Below, piece after piece: positions 59,109 through 64,000 of a DNA stretch of 64,000 nt (position 1 is its first letter; each line of letters opens with the position of its first letter). The notes beneath the pieces are model-generated. The model was not told the origin of the DNA. It saw nothing but the letters and a program-made list of their open reading frames with translations, and searched no databases. The position numbers and the translations under genes are program-made. Location of the stretch: NCBI GenBank assembly GCA_014729085.1, contig WJKM01000009.1, positions 126,590 through 190,589 of the forward strand, written 5' to 3'. The DNA comes from Candidatus Dojkabacteria bacterium. Its GTDB lineage: Bacteria > Patescibacteriota > Dojkabacteria > B142 > WJKM01.

Positions 59109-59636
59109 ATGAATCAAGAACTAGAAAAATACATTAAAAGCGCGTATACGAAATCCGCAAGATCAAGTATCCTCGCAGGTATAATTATATTCGTATTTTC
59201 TTTGTTCCTAGTAGTTGTATTGTTCCTTGATAAATCTATGAATAATGCAACTCTTATTCTGGCAGTATTATTTACTATATTTATATTTATCTTAGCTTTA
59301 TATATGATAATAAGGGGCATTAAACTCCTAAACCCTAATAATTCGCGTGTTTTAGATATTCTCAAAAATGAACCTCATAAGGTTGTATGGATATATGAAG
59401 TTAGAGTATCTCATAGATCGACTAAGAATGTTAAGACCAATGTTGGTAAACAAAGCCTTGTTAAACTCATGCTTGATAATGGCAAACAACTCTTCGCGTT
59501 CCAGACAGTTCCGGATGATGCACAAAAGTTAGTTGCTGTTTTTAAAAAATTATTACCCCATGCTACTGTTGGATACACAAAAGAAAGAATGGCCCAATAT
59601 AAAAAAAATCCCGAAAGTTTACGAATAAAAAAATAA
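59109..59636 (+). CDS. membrane protein, unknown (2 TM plus soluble domain)
   Basis: Hydrophobicity only. Confidence 0.4.
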   Translation: MNQELEKYIKSAYTKSARSSILAGIIIFVFSLFLVVVLFLDKSMNNATLILAVLFTIFIFILALYMIIRGIKLLNPNNSRVLDILKNEPHKVVWIYEVRVSHRSTKNVKTNVGKQSLVKLMLDNGKQLFAFQTVPDDAQKLVAVFKKLLPHATVGYTKERMAQYKKNPESLRIKK

Positions 59637-60083
59637 TGAACGAACAAGAAAGATGATCAAATTGTATAAGTTATATTAAAGGGAAGAGAAGAAAGGAAAA
59701 TAGATGCAAAGTATTTATGAATAGATTCGGAGTTTACAGTTTATACTTTAAAAGTTCTTAATCTTCAAATAATTCTTCGACTGTCTGCTCTCCAAACTCC
59801 CATCCAGCTCCAACTACAGCACTTGCAGCAAAAACTGTTAATAAAGAACCTAATGCAAATAATAAAGTTTTCCCAATACCTGGTTTTTCATAGTTCGACC
59901 AAGAGTGGATTTCTCCTTCCTTTGGTAACCAATCCTTGCTTTTTTCATCAATATATTCAAATAAGTTATCAAAATTGAATTCAACTACGTGAGTTTGTTT
60001 ACGATTATCTAGTGATTCTTGCATCATATTGGAAATTAAAATTATCAGAAATTATAACACCAACGTATATTATCATTTGTTTT

Positions 60084-60536
60084 CTAACTATTTTCTTCCC
60101 ACTCCTTAATTATTTCTAAAGCTTCTTTTTCAAATTCAGAAAGATGGATTAATTCAATCTCTTGATCGAAATTATCTACAATAGCTTGAATTGATCTATG
60201 AGTCTCAAAATATTCTAAATTTACCTTAAGTTGAGAACAAGCATAGACTATCTTACGAATCCCTGCCCAGTACGCTCTTGATATGCACATTAGACATGGT
60301 ATCATTGAGGAATATAAAACAGCGTCTGTTAGTTTACCATTTATTTTTTCAAAAGAATTGTCTATAGCTTTTGAATCTGCATGCCTATGATCTGGATACG
60401 GTGAACTAATCTCTTCGGCAAGTATATCGTTATTTAAAACTACTAAAGCACCAGCAGGAAACCTTCCTTGTTTCTGTGATACATTAGAAAGCTTAATTGC
60501 TTTTTTAATGAATTTACGATGAATTGACTGATTCAT
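60084..60536 (-). CDS. CMP/dCMP-type (cytidine/nucleoside) deaminase family protein
   Basis: Zn-binding HxD/E ... PCLMC pattern (HRHAD...PCLMCISRAY); catalytic Glu appears replaced by Asp. Confidence 0.55.
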   Translation of the reverse strand: MNQSIHRKFIKKAIKLSNVSQKQGRFPAGALVVLNNDILAEEISSPYPDHRHADSKAIDNSFEKINGKLTDAVLYSSMIPCLMCISRAYWAGIRKIVYACSQLKVNLEYFETHRSIQAIVDNFDQEIELIHLSEFEKEALEIIKEWEENS

Positions 60537-60542
60537 TACGGA

Positions 60543-61424
60543 CTATTTATATTTATTTTTAATTTTATCTAGATTATTTAGTAAATTTTCTCTTGGATAA
60601 AATATTCCAAACGTTTTAGGTTTATATTCCCCAGTTTTATAGAAATGCTTTCTACGTTTATTTCTTGTAGAAAATTCAAATTGTTTCCAATATTTTCCAT
60701 TTGGAAGTGCATCGCCAACAAAATACCTTCTACCAACGAGTAAATTATCTTTTAAAAATGTAAAACGACAATACGGTCTGCCATCGCTTGCTTTATTATA
60801 TACAAATGGATCAAACACCCAGGAATCTTCGCAAAAATATCCTTTTATGTCTGGATTGCTATTTAAGACCTGAGATGCTTTTATAAGTGCATCTACATAG
60901 TATTCTACAACCCAATGAGCATGGGGAACACTATACCCGAACCTTGTTAATTCATATCGTTCATTGTTGGAAATTACGTGAAGATGCAAGACTTGAGAAC
61001 TTTCTGTTACCCCGATCTTATTCAATTGTTTTAAAAACTTAGGAGCTACTTTTTCTTTAGAGATGATGAAGTTTTCAAAGGCAATTCCAGGATTTGCAAT
61101 AGACCATATATTTGTTGCGTATTTTATATAAGGATTATTATCAGAAAAAAATTCAATAATTGAATTCTTGTTCAATTTTGATGAGTTTCTTAATTTTTTA
61201 ATTTTCGATTCTAATACTTTTACGAAGAAAGTTCTATTGTCAAAAAGAAATTCAATGTTTTTGTATCCTTTCCAACCAATCGGATTATTGAAAAGGTTGG
61301 ATAAAGAGATAAATATTTCATTTGCATCATCTATATTATAATGCTTGAAGTACTCTTTTAAATACTCTTCTACTTTATTTCCATATCTAGCGGTAACAAT
61401 CTGTCTTATTAGTTTATGTTTCAT
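60543..61424 (-). CDS. hypothetical protein
   Basis: 293 aa, no motif recognised; upstream of and co-oriented with the deaminase. Confidence 0.4.
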   Translation of the reverse strand: MKHKLIRQIVTARYGNKVEEYLKEYFKHYNIDDANEIFISLSNLFNNPIGWKGYKNIEFLFDNRTFFVKVLESKIKKLRNSSKLNKNSIIEFFSDNNPYIKYATNIWSIANPGIAFENFIISKEKVAPKFLKQLNKIGVTESSQVLHLHVISNNERYELTRFGYSVPHAHWVVEYYVDALIKASQVLNSNPDIKGYFCEDSWVFDPFVYNKASDGRPYCRFTFLKDNLLVGRRYFVGDALPNGKYWKQFEFSTRNKRRKHFYKTGEYKPKTFGIFYPRENLLNNLDKIKNKYK

Positions 61425-61568
61425 GTTCGATTTAATATTAATATGATGTAATTATATTCTAATCATTATCTTAATTAAAAGTAGATAAATTTGACAAGAT
61501 ATAAAATATAATTTAGTATATACCTATACCTAAGGATATGGTTTAGATAAATTATTAACATTATACAT

Positions 61569-61772
61569 ATGAAAAGATTTCATCATGATCCAGTTTGTGG
61601 AGTAAGGCTTACAAAGGGTAAAGCTTATTATTTTGAAGTAGTTGACGACGAAGAGTATTTACTCTGTTGTCCCGAATGTCAAACTAAATTTATCGATAAA
61701 AAACGATTTTATATTAAAGAACTTAAAAGAAAATATGAAAAAAATAAAAATATAACAAAAAATAGAATTTAA
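61569..61772 (+). CDS. YHS/TRASH-like metal-binding small protein
   Basis: DPVCGVRL...YYF...CCPECQTKF matches the YHS domain (DPVCGM.V...YYFCS..C...F). Confidence 0.6.
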   Translation: MKRFHHDPVCGVRLTKGKAYYFEVVDDEEYLLCCPECQTKFIDKKRFYIKELKRKYEKNKNITKNRI

Positions 61773-61788
61773 TTTTTAACATTAAATT

Positions 61789-61995
61789 ATGAAAACTTTC
61801 TCTTACGATCCTGTGTGTGGAAAAAAGATGAACGATAAAGAATCCTATGTAGATACAACGCGAAGAATTCATGAAAACATTTATAAATTTTCTTTATGTT
61901 GTCCCGAATGCCATAACAAATTCGAACAAGATAGTATGCATTATTTCTATCAAGCATTAAAATTAGAAAAAAAAGCTAAAGATATGCAAATTTAA
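61789..61995 (+). CDS. YHS/TRASH-like metal-binding small protein (tandem paralog)
   Basis: YDPVCGKKM...CCPECHNKF. Confidence 0.6.
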   Translation: MKTFSYDPVCGKKMNDKESYVDTTRRIHENIYKFSLCCPECHNKFEQDSMHYFYQALKLEKKAKDMQI

Positions 61996-62269
61996 CAGAA
62001 TAATTTATAGTATCAATTTTTATTAATTCTATTATTAGAAAGTATAAACTATATAATTTATTAGCATAAATACCTTTACTTCCACTTCCTCCTATTCGTA
62101 TTAATCCAAATAAGTATATAAGCATATTCCATTTCAACTCTTTACAAATAAATCTAAAGGTGTGTGTACTTGTGCAAACAGTTAATAGTTAAGAATTAAA
62201 TCTGATAGAATAGTTATATATCAACTACCCTATAATATATAAACTATTTTATTTATTATTTTAAATTAT

Positions 62270-63058
62270 ATGTCAAATTTCGAAGCACCCTTGTTTCAAG
62301 GCGGGGATACAGATTTTGATCAAGACGGGCTTACATATGATCAGGAGTTAACTTTCGGAACTGACCCAAACCTATGGGATACGGATGGAGATGGTCTTTC
62401 CGATGCACAAGAAGTTCTTGGATGGGTAAATGTAGGAGATTATACAAGGTATTTTACATCTGATCCAACGCTATGGGATTCAGATGGAGATGGTCTCTCA
62501 GACGGCTGGGAAGTTAAATACGGACCATATTCTGATCCAAATGAAGTTAATTATCATAAATCAGATGCTGATAAGGATGGGTTAAGTGATTATGATGAAA
62601 AGTACGTTTATGGAACTGACCCTTTTCATAATGACACAGATCGAGATGGTTTATCTGATGGGGATGAAGTAGTAAACGCTAAGCGAGTAGGGGAAGTTAA
62701 TATTTATTGGGATGCGGATCCATTAGACGCATATTCAAATGGTGATCAAGTCTATAACGTTGAAACAGAACAATGGGAAAGTTTGACTGATGGCCAAGCA
62801 GCAAGGTGTATGCCTTATGGGGAAACAGCTTGTTTAATAGGAGATACTAATTCACAGGGGTATCCTCCATCTTCTTTTATCCCATTTAATCGAGAGACTG
62901 CAGAGAGAGGTTTACAAGAAGTATCACCAACTCCTACACCAGAACCAACAGTAAGACCAACGAGTTCACCAACAACAGGTGAACAAGGAATACAGATGGC
63001 ACCTGCTTGGTGTGATAAATTAGGCCCATGGGCAAAGTGGGTCCCAGGATGTAGATAA
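62270..63058 (+). CDS. TSP3-like calcium-binding repeat protein with Pro/Thr linker and Cys-containing C-terminus
   Basis: Repeated D.DGDGLSD motifs; no signal peptide detected from the annotated start. Confidence 0.5.
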   Translation: MSNFEAPLFQGGDTDFDQDGLTYDQELTFGTDPNLWDTDGDGLSDAQEVLGWVNVGDYTRYFTSDPTLWDSDGDGLSDGWEVKYGPYSDPNEVNYHKSDADKDGLSDYDEKYVYGTDPFHNDTDRDGLSDGDEVVNAKRVGEVNIYWDADPLDAYSNGDQVYNVETEQWESLTDGQAARCMPYGETACLIGDTNSQGYPPSSFIPFNRETAERGLQEVSPTPTPEPTVRPTSSPTTGEQGIQMAPAWCDKLGPWAKWVPGCR

Positions 63059-63069
63059 ATTTTTCAATA

Positions 63070-63100
63070 AAAAAAGGGAGGCTATGTGCCTCCCTTTTTT
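63070..63100. terminator. bidirectional rho-independent terminator between convergent genes
   Basis: AAAAA-GGGAGGC-TATGT-GCCTCCC-TTTTTT. Confidence 0.6.
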
Positions 63101-63117
63101 GATATATATTGATTTGT

Positions 63118-63330
63118 TTACTCTTCGTCAACTAATTCAATATTTATAGCATTTAAGCCTTTTTCCGTCTCTTCTATATCAAAGGTAACTACGTCACCTT
63201 TTCTTAGTTTTCTAACGGCAAGTTCACCTTCTAAGGAGTTTTCATGATAGAAAACGTCTTTTTCAGCTTCTTCTGTTTCGATAAAGCCGAATCCTCGTCC
63301 AGTTACTGTTTTTACAGTACCTTTTGCCAT
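63118..63330 (-). CDS. cold-shock protein (CspA family)
   Basis: GTVKTVTGRGFGFIE RNP1 motif and VFYHENSL; 70 aa. Confidence 0.85.
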   Translation of the reverse strand: MAKGTVKTVTGRGFGFIETEEAEKDVFYHENSLEGELAVRKLRKGDVVTFDIEETEKGLNAINIELVDEE

Positions 63331-63447
63331 ATTTGGTTTCTTACAAGTTAAATAATTAAGATTAGAAATAGTTAGATATTTCTAATCTTGCTATCTATTA
63401 TACACCATAAATCATATTTTACTTCCGAAATATCAACAAAAACAATT

Positions 63448-64000
63448 TTATTTGAAGTATCTTACATAGCCAACCTCATCAATAACCTCTTGCCCATGAG
63501 GGCTTAGAAGCCAATTTTTAAGTATATTTGCTTGTTCATTTTCATTATCTTTTCTCATTACAATATATACATAAGTAGTAAGTTCATATTTTTCCGCAGA
63601 AATCGTGTCTTTAGTTGGTAAAATATTATTGATTTTCAATAGTTCAACATTGTCTGCGTATGTCATGGCATTTTTATAGTAAAAAAATGAATATCCGAGA
63701 CCATTTGGATCTGAATCTAGTTTATTAATTAAACCAATCATACTCGGTTTGATCATTTCCTCCATTTCTATTAACTCAGCTCCCTGCATAATTAATAATT
63801 TCATAGTTTCCTGACTACCTGAGTTAGGATTTCTAACATATGCGTTGATTTTATTTTCTTTGCTACATAGATCTTCCCAATTTGAAATTTTTCCACTATA
63901 AATTTCTTTTAAATTTGTAAGACTTAAACTTTCAACTGGATTTTCTTTATGCTTCAAAAAAATAAATGCATCTTTAGCAATCGGAGTAAGTTCAACTTGA
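63448..64000 (-). CDS. PstS-like phosphate-binding protein, 5'-partial (N-terminus beyond window end)
   Basis: The frame stays open upstream of the listed TTG (QVELTPIAKDAFIFLKHKENPVESLSLTNLKEIYSGKISNWEDL), typical of PstS-family substrate-binding proteins. Confidence 0.55.
   Translation of the reverse strand, partial: QVELTPIAKDAFIFLKHKENPVESLSLTNLKEIYSGKISNWEDLCSKENKINAYVRNPNSGSQETMKLLIMQGAELIEMEEMIKPSMIGLINKLDSDPNGLGYSFFYYKNAMTYADNVELLKINNILPTKDTISAEKYELTTYVYIVMRKDNENEQANILKNWLLSPHGQEVIDEVGYVRYFK

Noticed and set aside
1-64000. Possible alternative genetic code (UGA recoded, as in some uncultivated small-genome bacteria)
   Set aside because: Very long ORFs are TGA-free under the standard code (2726, 1230 and 894 codons). 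The single in-frame TGA at 24549 is an isolated event.

Overview
The window is AT-rich (roughly 30% GC by eye), bacterial, and compact. It uses the standard code: a 2726-codon ORF contains no internal TGA. The supplied ORF track accepts TTG and GTG starts and omits edge-truncated genes, so I found two partial genes at the window ends by hand. Most of the window is ordinary chromosome (xth, map, rlmN, obg, pcm, dcd, P-type ATPase, peptidase U32, cold-shock protein, S-layer-homology (SLH) domain and thrombospondin type-3 (TSP3)-repeat envelope proteins). There is a B12-dependent ribonucleotide-reductase module (nrdR, then candidate NrdR boxes, then class II nrdJ, with a PduO-type cobalamin adenosyltransferase nearby). 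Two accessory regions stand out. The first is an ~8.4 kb integrative element inserted into the 3' end of tRNA-Glu (38255-46698). It is bounded by a 14-bp direct repeat, and its large serine recombinase ORF reads across the tRNA 3' end. Its cargo is a BcgI-like Type IIB restriction-modification pair and a translationally coupled three-gene operon: a Panacea-domain (DUF4065) antitoxin-like protein, a possible RelE/HigB-fold protein, and a protein that to my eye strongly resembles the plant Development-and-Cell-Death (DCD) domain. This operon is the most novel-looking feature. The second region starts immediately after the element: a giant RHS/YD-repeat polymorphic toxin gene (8.2 kb) with a cognate immunity gene, a decayed frameshifted toxin-tip remnant, and a start-less orphan toxin-tip cassette that keeps ~300 nt of rhs core homology. 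Other observations are an arsR/thioredoxin-fold/ArsP-like operon, tandem YHS-domain minigenes, an in-frame TGA inside a lipoprotein signal peptide, a glucokinase of atypical composition next to tRNA-Ala, and a GC-richer structured leader upstream of the P-type ATPase. All homology calls come from motif recognition by eye and no database search was run.
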